Source: Squalus acanthias (lineage: Eukaryota). From it: a DNA stretch of 64,000 nt. Numbering within the stretch: the stretch's first letter is position 1; each line of letters opens with the position of its first letter. The stretch is taken from positions 128,528,001 to 128,592,000 of the forward strand of contig CM059431.1 in NCBI GenBank assembly GCA_030390025.1, read 5' to 3'. Positions 37,766 to 47,267 of this stretch are shown here, piece after piece. Position numbers and translations under genes: made by a program. The notes under the pieces are model-generated. The model ran no database searches. It worked only from the letters and a program-made list of their open reading frames with translations, and had not been told where the DNA came from.

Positions 37766-39349
37766 TTTTCCTGGTGAACTCGGAGGAGAGAGAGCATGCT
37801 GAATTGAGATGAAGATATAGGTTGAAATCACCGAGGATGAGAAGTCGCACGGTGCAGAGGTTGAGGGAGGAAAGTAGTGAAGGCATCTCGGTGATAACAT
37901 TTTTATGGTACTTGGGTGGGCGGTAGAGAATGAGAATTTTAAATGAGAGGTAAAAGGGGTGGAACAAGGTGAGATGTTCAAAGGAGGAGAAAGTGCCAGA
38001 GGAGTAGGGGGACAGACCAAGGTGTGATTTGGTGATGAGAGCCACACCGCCGCCACAGTGGTCTGGGCAGGGCACGCGGTGGAAGGTATAGCCAGGCGAG
38101 GAGGCTTCATTTAAGGGTAAGGTGCTATCACCTCTCAGCCAAGTTTCCGTCAGGGCCATGATGTCGATGCAATCATCCACGATAAGCTCATGGATGGGAA
38201 GGGCTTTGTTCGCAAGTGAACAGACATTCTGGAGGGAGATGCGGAGAGGGTCGGTGATGGCTGATCCACTGCCAGCGTCCACAGGGTCAGTGCTGGGAGG
38301 GGTGAGTTGGACAGGGAGGAGATTAGCAAGATTAACCCTGGGCGCGCTGGGCGGGAAGGTCGGCGAGAGAGTAGGATGGGACAGTTGGGGTTGCTGCTCG
38401 TGAGGAGGCACGGTGGCCCCTTCGGAGAATGCCAATAGAGGCACAGAGGGTTATTTAAGAGGGAGTCCAGCCTGGGACGGTGGCAGGAGCGTAGGAAGGT
38501 CAAGGAGTAATGAAGGGTTGGGGCTGGGATTTGGGAGGGCAGAGTATCTAAGAGAGGAGAGATGAAAGGAGGCATGATGGCAGGAGAGAGCCTTCAGGAA
38601 GGGATGGAGAGAAAAGAAAAAAGGAAGAAAAAAGTGGAAAATAGAAGTGAATGGCTCGGGTCCGGACCGGCGGCCAAAATGCGCACGCGAATGGACACGG
38701 GAAAAACTCAAGTTATATAGGCCTGGTTATGTAGCAATTACTGGGATATATATTTCCTGGTAGTAGCAGGGATTAGATTGGCGACATAAGTAGGGAGTCC
38801 AGAGTTAAACTCAGAGATCCCGTGGAGGGAAAAAGTTGAGGTCGGTAGGCTGGAGTCAGCATGGAGCATCGACAAACTGTTGTCCAAGTTCGGAGACAGG
38901 TGTAGCAGGTGAGTGAAATCCTGAAGCTATTTGAAGGGTGGAGTATTGGAGGATGGAGGTTATTGCCGTGGGAGCGAGAATCGGTTATGGTGCAGAAAGA
39001 TGATGGCGAAGTTGATGCAAAGTTGGAGGTCGCCATAGAGCAGAAGTGGGGGAAAAAAATTAAAACCACTAGCCAGCGAACCACAAAGCTGAAAAACCAG
39101 TAGAACGAGACACCCAGCTCAGCAGAGAAATAGCCGCAGTGGGGAAAGATGTTTACAAGTTATTTAAATGTTTTTTGCAGCAGAATCAGAGACACAGCAG
39201 ATGAGTCTTACGGTGTAATCCAGTGTAGTCCACTGCAGAAGCGTAGTCTTGATGTCCAGAGAAGAGCGATACAAGTAGCACCCAAAAAGGTTGCAAGTAG
39301 GACTGTGTTCAACTCCCACATTGTTACATGATTTGGATGAGTAGGACCA

Positions 39350-39544
39350 CCTAAACCTCTCCACTTCTCTGCAGCTCTCTCCTCCTTTAAGATGCCCCTT
39401 AAATCCTACCATTTTGACCTGTCCTAATATGTGGCTGGGTCTCAAATTTTGTCTGATAACGCTCCTGTGAAATACCTTTGGATGTTTTACTATATTAAAG
39501 GTGCTATATAACTGCAAGTTGTTGTTGTTGTTGTTGTTGTTGTT
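39350..39544 (+). mobile_element. L2 3' end with (GTT)n tail
   Basis: gctcctgtgaaatacctttggatgttttactatattaaaggtgctatata...(gtt)n. Confidence 0.75.
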
Positions 39545-39545
39545 G

Positions 39546-39998
39546 GGGCAGTGGTGGATCAGTTGGTAGCACTCTCACCTCTGAGTCAAAAAGTAGTTGG
39601 TTCAAGTCCCATTCCAGAGACTTAATCGCAAAAATCTAGGTTGAGGGAGCGCTGCAATGTCAGAGGTTCCGTCTTTCAGATGAGATGTTAAACTGAGGCC
39701 CTGTCTGCTCGCTCAGGTGGACGTAAAAGATCCCATTGCACTATTTTGAAGAAGAGCAGGGGAGTTATCCCCAGGTTCCTGACCAATATTTATCCCTCAA
39801 TCAACATAACAAAAACAGATTATCTGGTCATTATCACATTGCTGTTTGTGGGAGTTTGCTGTGCACAAATTGGCTGCCATGTTTCGTACATTACAACAGT
39901 GACTACACTTCAAAAGTACTTCATTGGCTGTAAGGCACATTCGGATGTCCTGAGGTCGTGACAGACGCTATATAAACGCAAGTCTTTCTTTTTTTGTT
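39546..39998 (+). mobile_element. DeuSINE, near full length
   Basis: tRNA-like head (ggttcaagtccc), Deu-like central block, L2-like tail ggatgtcctgagg...gctatataaacgcaagtc. Confidence 0.88.
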
Positions 39999-40002
39999 GT
40001 TG

Positions 40003-41780
40003 TTGCAGTGATCACACACCAGCTCTACATTAATTGAGTAAAAGAAGTTTTGATTGATGAAAGCTGCTGGCTCATCATCTAGTGCCTTGATGACTGCATG
40101 AGTGCAGTCCATTACTCTCTGGACATAAGGGAGGCCAGCCAATTACTGCAAATCCCAGAGCTCTCTCATTTTGATTGTTGACGTCCACAGGATAGGTGAT
40201 ATATTGGTCAGCCCTGGCAAGTAGGGCATTGGTTCGTGCTTGATGCAGTTGGGAGATGTGGTGTAGCACTTTCTCTTACTACTGTTCGGACCTCGAGAAT
40301 TACGAATTAGCTTAACAATGATAGACAAGGATGTGATCAATAAAATTGGTCTTTTAATCAGACTATAGTTCAAAATTCAAGTGTACATAGAAGCACCTTT
40401 GTCAATAAATTCAAAGAACTCCCGGCAATAAATATGCCGGCAACTTATCAATTCAAAGTATATAAACATGCCCCTTTAATGATTCAATTGTACATAAAAG
40501 TACCCCATTTAACAATATCTAAGCCCATGTCCAATTCTCATACATACTCCTTCATTTCTGGGTGATCGGTCAAAGGAAACTAAACGTCGAAACATAAACT
40601 GGCCGGCTTTCTCACTTCAATCTTCCTCCTGCTTTTTCTTCTCTGTTCTCCTTCTTATCTCTGAAAACTCCCGCCATTGGGTTATAAGGCCTCGTTGATC
40701 GTAAATTACTCTCTGCCTCCCTTGGATTGGTCTGTTCCACTCCAAACCTTCCCTAATTGGAGTTCCTTCCACCTGACACCTTCCTGTTCCTGTGAGATGT
40801 ATGTTCTCCCCTTCTTGTCCAGGTGGCCCCTCAAACAAAGAACACACACTGACCACCATTCTGTGTCTTCACAAACAAGGAACACCTGCTGATTTCTTAC
40901 ATTTTAAATCCGTCCGTTATCATCTTATAATTCGTTCGTAATTTCGATCTCCACATGGTAGTAGCGGTTTTATTACACTTTTCAGAATCTTACAGTGGGT
41001 GATGTCCCCCTGTAGCAACGTGGAATGAGTCTGAGGCAAAAACATTAAGGGCAATGGCGGCTTTTACTGCCACTGGCAAAGCATGGACATCTGGGCCAGC
41101 AGGCAGCAGGTCCTGTTGTAGGAGGCTGCATAGATTAGTGACAGCTTATCTGGTGAAGTGTAGCCTCCTGATGCGCTACTCCTCTGTTATATTCAGGAAA
41201 GTGGCTCTTGGCCTATAGACCCCATGGGCTCAGAAAGGCCTTCTACGAGCAGACCTCTCACCTGTTATCTTCTAAAAGGCTCGCCTGCTGCTCATTTTGG
41301 CTGTTGAGGCTGTTGCAGCTCCTCTTCCTCCAACTATTCCTCCATCCAAAGCTTTGAAGCAAAAATGGCTCCCAAGATAAGCTGTGGCAGCTTAATCAGA
41401 GTGAGAAAAGCCAAAAAAAGATGCAAACAATCTCCAAGCTGAAAATGCCTTGGAAATCCACTAAGCACAATAGCAGACAGATCTGAGTGCCCCTCTGTAT
41501 AGTGCTTCCAGTCAGTGAGACAGCAGTGCCTGAAGCCAGTCCCGAGTCAGAACCCATATGCAAGGGTAGACACTGGGTGGGACAGATGAAATCACATCAG
41601 GTTCCTAATAACCCTGATTTGCACGCTTTCGTGAGGCACCCACCTGCTTCCGCAGGCACCTCCGTTACCTAAAGTCAGGTGTTAAAATGGGGACCAGCAT
41701 GATTACAGCAGGAATGTAGAGGTAAGTTAAATTGACCCATTTTAATAGCCCCCCAGGCAGGGTGTGTTAAAATCGACCCC
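40003..41780 (-). mobile_element. Harbinger transposase relic and end, split by a solo LTR
   Basis: GLPYVQRVMDCTHAVIKA...FYSINVELVCDH; continues beyond 40995 (MLCQWQ/PVAVK...FASDSF-like region); probable end ttaaaatcgacccc. Confidence 0.7.
40262..40994. mobile_element. Solo LTR (733 bp)
   Basis: TGTA...TACA termini with GTGG on both sides (40258-40261, 40995-40998); interrupts the Harbinger transposase sequence. Confidence 0.8.
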
Positions 41781-41789
41781 AGTTTGGAT

Positions 41790-42098
41790 GACCTGTTAAA
41801 CCACAGCCCTGTCTGCTCTGAGGTGGATGTAAGTGAACCGAGGGCATTATTTGTAAAAGAGCAGGGGAGATGTCCTTGGCATACTGACCAATATCTATCT
41901 TTAACCAACACCGCCAAAAACAGATTAACCGGTCATTCATCTCATTACTGTTTTGAGGAACTTGCTTTAGGAAATAGCCTGCTGTGTTTGCCTACAAAAC
42001 AACAGTGATTACAATCCAAAAGTGATTAATTAGCTGTAAAGCACTTTGGGATGTCCCGAGGACATGAAAAGCAATATATAAAAGCAAGTTCTTTTTTT
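41790..42098 (+). mobile_element. DeuSINE, 5'-truncated
   Basis: Deu-like block and tail gggatgtcccgagg...tatataaaagcaagttcttttt. Confidence 0.75.
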
Positions 42099-42235
42099 AG
42101 AAAGGTAGAATTTTTCCGAGAAACAATAAATTGGAGTGGGGAAGGGGATTTATATAGTGGTGCAAAATATGCATCTGCTTTTGCACTAGAATGGTGATCT
42201 AAAATAGACTGTCACTGAGAGCAGAGAGGAAGTGA

Positions 42236-42534
42236 GAGAGGACAACAGATAAAAGCAGGAGAACCGGCGGTAGAGAGTCAGTGAGAGTGGAGAGAGTGAG
42301 CCTGAGGTGAGACAGTGCGAGAGGACAACAGATAACAGTGGGAGAACCGGCGGCTGAGAGTCAGTGAGAGTGGAGAGAGTGAGCCTGAGGTGAGACAGTG
42401 CGAGAGGACAACAGATAACAGTGGGAGAACCGGCGGCTGAGAGTCAGTGAGAGTGGAGAGAGTGAGCCTGAGGTGAGACAGTGCGAGAGGACAACAGATA
42501 ACAGTGGGAGAACCGGCGGCTGAGAGTCAGTGAG
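42236..42534 (+). repeat. 83-bp tandem repeat, about 3.6 copies
   Basis: cctgaggtgagacagtgcgagagg recurs at 42301, 42384 and 42467. Confidence 0.95.
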
Positions 42535-45166
42535 ATCGGAGAGCAGATCATGGACACCTGAGAAAGAAATTCAAAAGTGACAACACTGCTGTGAAGCGAG
42601 CGGATTGGTGGGTAACAGATTAAGTACTTAGAGTATAAAGCAGCAGGAGAGAGAGAGAGAGAACCCGCGCGCATCAGGGAGAGAAGTAAAAAACACCTAA
42701 ACTGACATCAGCACAAGGGAAGGAGCTGATTGGTGAGTAGCTGGTGAGTTTTTCATTTCGTTTTTTATGTCCAGATCGGGGACAAGTCTTAATTTATTTC
42801 TGGTAAGCAGTCTAATAAATAGAGGCATGGCAGGGCACCTCAGTCCCGTCAAATGCGCATCCTGTCCAATGTGGGAACTCCAAGACACTTTTTGTGTCCT
42901 GGACAATTACGTGTGCAGGAGTGTCGTCAGCTGGAGGAGCTCGAGCTCCGGAGCTTACGCAGCAGCTGGCGTCACTGTAATGCATCCAGGAAGCTGAAAG
43001 CTACGTGGATAGCATGTGTCAGGAAGTGATCACCCCGCAGATTAAGAGAGTGCAGACAGACAAGGAGGACCAGGCAGGTAGTGCAGAAGTCCTGAGTACA
43101 TCTTGCTCTCTAACCAGTATTCAGTTCTGAATAAGGGTGGGGGCAATGGTTCCTCTGGGGAGTACAGCCAGGATCAAGTCCAAGGCATCATGGGTGGCTC
43201 AGCTGTACATGCGGGGTGAAGAGGAAAGTCAGGAAAGCAATAGTGATAGGGGATTCAATAGTTAGTGGAACAGACTGGTGTTTCAGCAGCTGCAGATGTG
43301 ACTCCAGGATGGTATGTTGCCTCTCTGGTGCCAGGGAAAAGGATGTCACTGAGCGGCTACAGGACATTCTGAGGGGGGAGCGTGAACAACCAGAGGTTGT
43401 GGTCCATATTGGTATAAAAGACATAGGTAGAAAGAGGGATGAGGTCCTGCAGGCAGATTTTAGGGAGCTAGGAAAGAGATCAATAAACAGGACCTCAAAG
43501 GTAGTAATCTCGGATTACTCCTGGAGTCAAGTGCTAGTGAGTACAGAAATAGGAGGATAGAGCAAATGAATGTGTGGCTGGAGAGATGGTGCAAGAGGGA
43601 GGGCTTTAGATTCCTGAGACATTGGGATCAGTTCTGGGGGGAGTAGGACCTGTACAGGCTGGATAAGTTGCACCTCAACAAGGCCAGGCCAATATCCTCG
43701 CAGGAGGGCATTTACTATTGCTGTTGGGGAGGGTTTACACTAGCTTGGCAGGGGTTGGGAACCTGAGTGTAGATTCAAAAGGAAGAGAAGCAAATCTGGA
43801 AATGGAAGGCAGAAAATGAGTGAGCGAATTTGGAAGACAGGAAACAAAGGCTAGAAAATAAACAATAAAGGGGTTTGGCGATGCTTTATGGTGCATATTT
43901 AAATGCAAATAGTCTAGTGAATAGTCTAGTGAATAAGGCAGATGAGCTGAGGGCACAGATAGACACATGGAAGTATGATATCATAGCTATTACTGAAACA
44001 TGGCTTAATGTAGGGCTAGAATGGCAGCTCAACATTCCTGGTTACATTGTTTTCAGATGAGATATAGAGAGTGGGATAAAAAAGGAGGGGTGGGGTTGTG
44101 AAGTAATAAGCCATATTCAGAAAAATACACCATTCTATGAAAGAATTCTGGCCTTATTAAAACATGACAAACTGGGCTTGAAAATCTAAAAACCTAACAA
44201 TGGAGAAGTTGTATTGTTAACAGCATTCAGGCTATTGGGATAAGATAAGTTTTTGACACTGAATCAATAACCTTATTGAAACAGGAGGTTGGAGGCTCCT
44301 GAAGTCTGAAGCTTTGGAAATAAGACAATGGTACACCCTGTTAAGGTGTTCTAAATTACACTTCGGAAAGAAACACATAACATTAAGAAACATATGCCTT
44401 CGTGGGAATGGCATCAAGTGGGGGAGGCACCAGCCATCACATTGGCCTAGAAATTCGTGTGGCCGGCTTGCCGCGGGGGTAAGGATCGCGCTGCGCTCTT
44501 ACCCACCGCGCCGGCCGTTGTGTTTTGGGCCCACAGGAACTTTCGGGTCCCGGGCCTCTCCCAAGAGCCGGCGCGCAGTGCTTGCGTGTTCCAGGGGCGC
44601 AGTTAGTGCGATGCGACCCCTGGGATCACGTGGGCCATGGAGAGCCAATGGCAGCAGACCATCTTTCATTCATAGATTTGATAGGAGACCTGTCAAATCT
44701 GTGAATTGAAATCGGCCCCAAAAGAACAGCTAAACTTCAAATAAATTAAAAAAAACATCACATTTATAAAATAACTATAGTTAAATAAATTACCCACTTT
44801 AAACAAAAATTAAAATTTTTGAAAAAATTAAAATACTTTTTAAAAGTTATAAAAATAAACTTACCTTTCTTTAAAGTATCTAAAAAAGATAAATCTGTTG
44901 AAAAAAATTTAAAATTATACTTAATTAACTACTTACCTTGTTCAAAAGGGGTCTTACGCCTCCTTTTTACCAGCGTAGAATCTTCAATACTTACCCTCGC
45001 GTTGAAACCTGAAAAAAAATCTAAGTGTGCTGCGTGCGCGCAGCCTCTAGCACGCATGCGGTTCACCTAGGAACCGCTCCCTTCACCATACCGGAAGTTC
45101 CTGTTTCCGGCGCATGCGCAGTGCATGCAGGAAACCGGCACTTCGGGAATGAATACGGGTGAGTAC

Positions 45167-47192
45167 ATAAGAACATAAGAACATAAGAAATAGGAGCAGG
45201 AGTAGGCCAATCGGCCCCTCGAGCCTGCTCCGCCATTCAATAAGATCATGGCTGATCTGATCCTAACCACCAATCTACTATCTATCACAGAACCATCTCC
45301 TGCATCTAACAGAATTGCACACACGAAATAGGAGCAGAATCAGGCTACACAGTCCCTGGGCCCGCTCCACTACCCACAGGGCCATGACCGATCCGAACCT
45401 AGACTCATGTCCAAATTCCTGCCCGCTCCCCGTAACCCTTAATGCCCTTTACTTCTAGGAAACTGTCTATTTCTGTTTTAAATTTAATTAATGTTGTAGC
45501 TTCTACAGCTTTTTGTGGCAGCATATTCCATGGACCTACCACCCTCTGAGTGAAGTAGTTCCTCCTCATCTCAGTTTTGAAAGAGCAGCCCCTTATTCTA
45601 AGACTATGTCCCCTAGTTCTCGTCTCACCCGTCATCGGGAACATCCTCCCCGCATCCACCCGATCCAACCCCTTCACAATCTTATATGTTTCAATAAGAT
45701 CGCCTCTCATTCTTCTGAACTCCAATGAGTAGAGTCCCAATCTACCCAACCTCTCCTCATATGACCACCCCCTCATCCCCGGGATTAACCGAGTGAACCT
45801 TTTTTGCACTGCCTCGAGAGCAAGGATGTCTTTCCTTAAGTAAGGACACCAAAACTGTATGCAGTATTCCAGGTGCGGTCTCACCAATACCTTGTACAAC
45901 TGAAGCAATACCTCCCTATTTTTATATTCTATCCCCCTAGCAATGAAAGCCAACATTCCATTTGCCTTCTTAATCACTTGCTGCACCTGCATACTAACCT
46001 TTTGAGTTTCGTGCACCAGGACCCCCAGATCCCTTTGCACTTCAGTACTCTCCAGTTTCTTGCCATTAAGATAATAAATTGCTCTAGGATTTTTCCTGCC
46101 AAAGTGCATCACCTCACACTTTCCAGTGTTGTATTCCATCTGCCAAATCTCTGCCCACTTACTTAGCCTGTCTATGTCCCCTTGCAGGTTTTTTATGTCC
46201 TCCTCACTCACTACTTTCCCTCCCATCTTTGTATCATCTGCAAATTTTGATATGTTACACTTGGTCCCTTCCTCCAAATCGTTAATATAGATTGTGAAGA
46301 GTTGGGGACCCAGCACTGACCCCTGTGGAACACCACTAGTTACTGATTGCCAGTCTGAGAATGAACCATTTATCCCAACTCTTTGCTTTCTGTTAGATAG
46401 CCAATCCTCTATCCATGCCAGAATATTACCCCCAATCCCGTGATTTTTTACCTTAAGCAATAATCTTTTGTGTGGCACCTTGTCAAATGCCTTTTGGAAG
46501 TCTAAATACACTACGTCCACTGGTTCCCCTTTATCCACTCTATATGTTACTTCCTCAAAGAACTCCAGCAAATTTGTCAAACATGACTTCCCCTTCGTAA
46601 AACCATGCTGACTTTGTCCTATTAAATTATGATTATCCAAATGTCCTGTTACTGTTTCCTTAATAATGGACTCCAAAATTTTACCTACCACAGATGTTAG
46701 GCTAACCGGTCTATAGTTACCAGCCTTCTGTCTACTGCCCTTTTTAAATAAGGGTGTTACATTAGCAGTTTTCCAGTCTGCCGGGACCTTAGCGGAATCC
46801 AGGGAGTTTTGAAAAATTATTACCAATGCATCTACAATCCCTACCGCCACTTCCTTCAAGACTCTAGGATGTAAGCCATCAGGTCCAGGTGATTTATCCG
46901 CCTTGAGTCCCATTATTTTACCGAGTACCACTTCCTTAGTGATTTTGATCGTGTTTAGCTCCTCTCCCCCTATAGCCCCCTGTTTGTCCAGTGTTGGGAT
47001 ATTCTTAGTGTCCTCTACTGTAAAGACTGATACAAAATATTCATTCAGTGTTTTTGCCATCTCCATATTTCCCACCATTAATTTCCCGGTCTCATCCTCT
47101 AAGGGACCAACATTTACTTTAGCCACCCTTTTTCTTTTTATATAACTATAAAAACTCTTACTATCTGTTTTTATATTTTTTGCTAATTTACT
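45167..47192 (-). mobile_element. Young 5'-truncated CR1 flanked by a 184-bp direct duplication
   Basis: (acataaga)n tail; 44983-45166 is repeated at 47193-47376 with one mismatch seen. Confidence 0.95.
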
Positions 47193-47267
47193 TTCAATAC
47201 TTACCCTCGCGTTGAAACCTGAAAAAAAATCTAAGTGTGCTGCGTGCGCGCAGCCTCTAGCGCGCAT
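45405..47267 (-). CDS. Uninterrupted ORF: short MITE-derived N-terminus fused to the CR1 ORF2 RT domain (no endonuclease); expression unknown
   Basis: Within the 623-aa ORF; first ATG at 47267; intact KSPGPDGLHP, NYRPVSLTS, DFQKAFD, GVPQGSVLGP, FADDTK, VRPHLEYC. Confidence 0.55.
   Translation of the reverse strand: MRARGCAHAAHLDFFSGFNARVSIESKLAKNIKTDSKSFYSYIKRKRVAKVNVGPLEDETGKLMVGNMEMAKTLNEYFVSVFTVEDTKNIPTLDKQGAIGGEELNTIKITKEVVLGKIMGLKADKSPGPDGLHPRVLKEVAVGIVDALVIIFQNSLDSAKVPADWKTANVTPLFKKGSRQKAGNYRPVSLTSVVGKILESIIKETVTGHLDNHNLIGQSQHGFTKGKSCLTNLLEFFEEVTYRVDKGEPVDVVYLDFQKAFDKVPHKRLLLKVKNHGIGGNILAWIEDWLSNRKQRVGINGSFSDWQSVTSGVPQGSVLGPQLFTIYINDLEEGTKCNISKFADDTKMGGKVVSEEDIKNLQGDIDRLSKWAEIWQMEYNTGKCEVMHFGRKNPRAIYYLNGKKLESTEVQRDLGVLVHETQKVSMQVQQVIKKANGMLAFIARGIEYKNREVLLQLYKVLVRPHLEYCIQFWCPYLRKDILALEAVQKRFTRLIPGMRGWSYEERLGRLGLYSLEFRRMRGDLIETYKIVKGLDRVDAGRMFPMTGETRTRGHSLRIRGCSFKTEMRRNYFTQRVVGPWNMLPQKAVEATTLIKFKTEIDSFLEVKGIKGYGERAGIWT

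Larger units (their letters stand above)
30776..39130 (-). mobile_element. Near full-length L2 LINE interrupted by a hAT (31330-33863) and a CR1 (35752-37765)
   Basis: Tail aacaacaacttgtatttatatagcgcc at 30776; RLDYSNALLAGLP; YADD at about 34250; EN domain ISLQNVCSLANK...ALTETWL...LYRPP...LGDFN at 37770-38240; 5' boundary approximate. Confidence 0.85.

Noticed and set aside
39149..39331. 60-aa ORF with an upstream acceptor-like site
   Set aside because: No recognisable domain and no convincing donor.
42236..42534. CRISPR-like array
   Set aside because: Whole 83-bp units repeat with no unique spacers, there are no cas genes, and the context is eukaryotic.
44859..44940. U1 snRNA fragments (acttacc)
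   Set aside because: Only the 7-9-nt motif matches; better read as minus-strand splice donors in the MITE.
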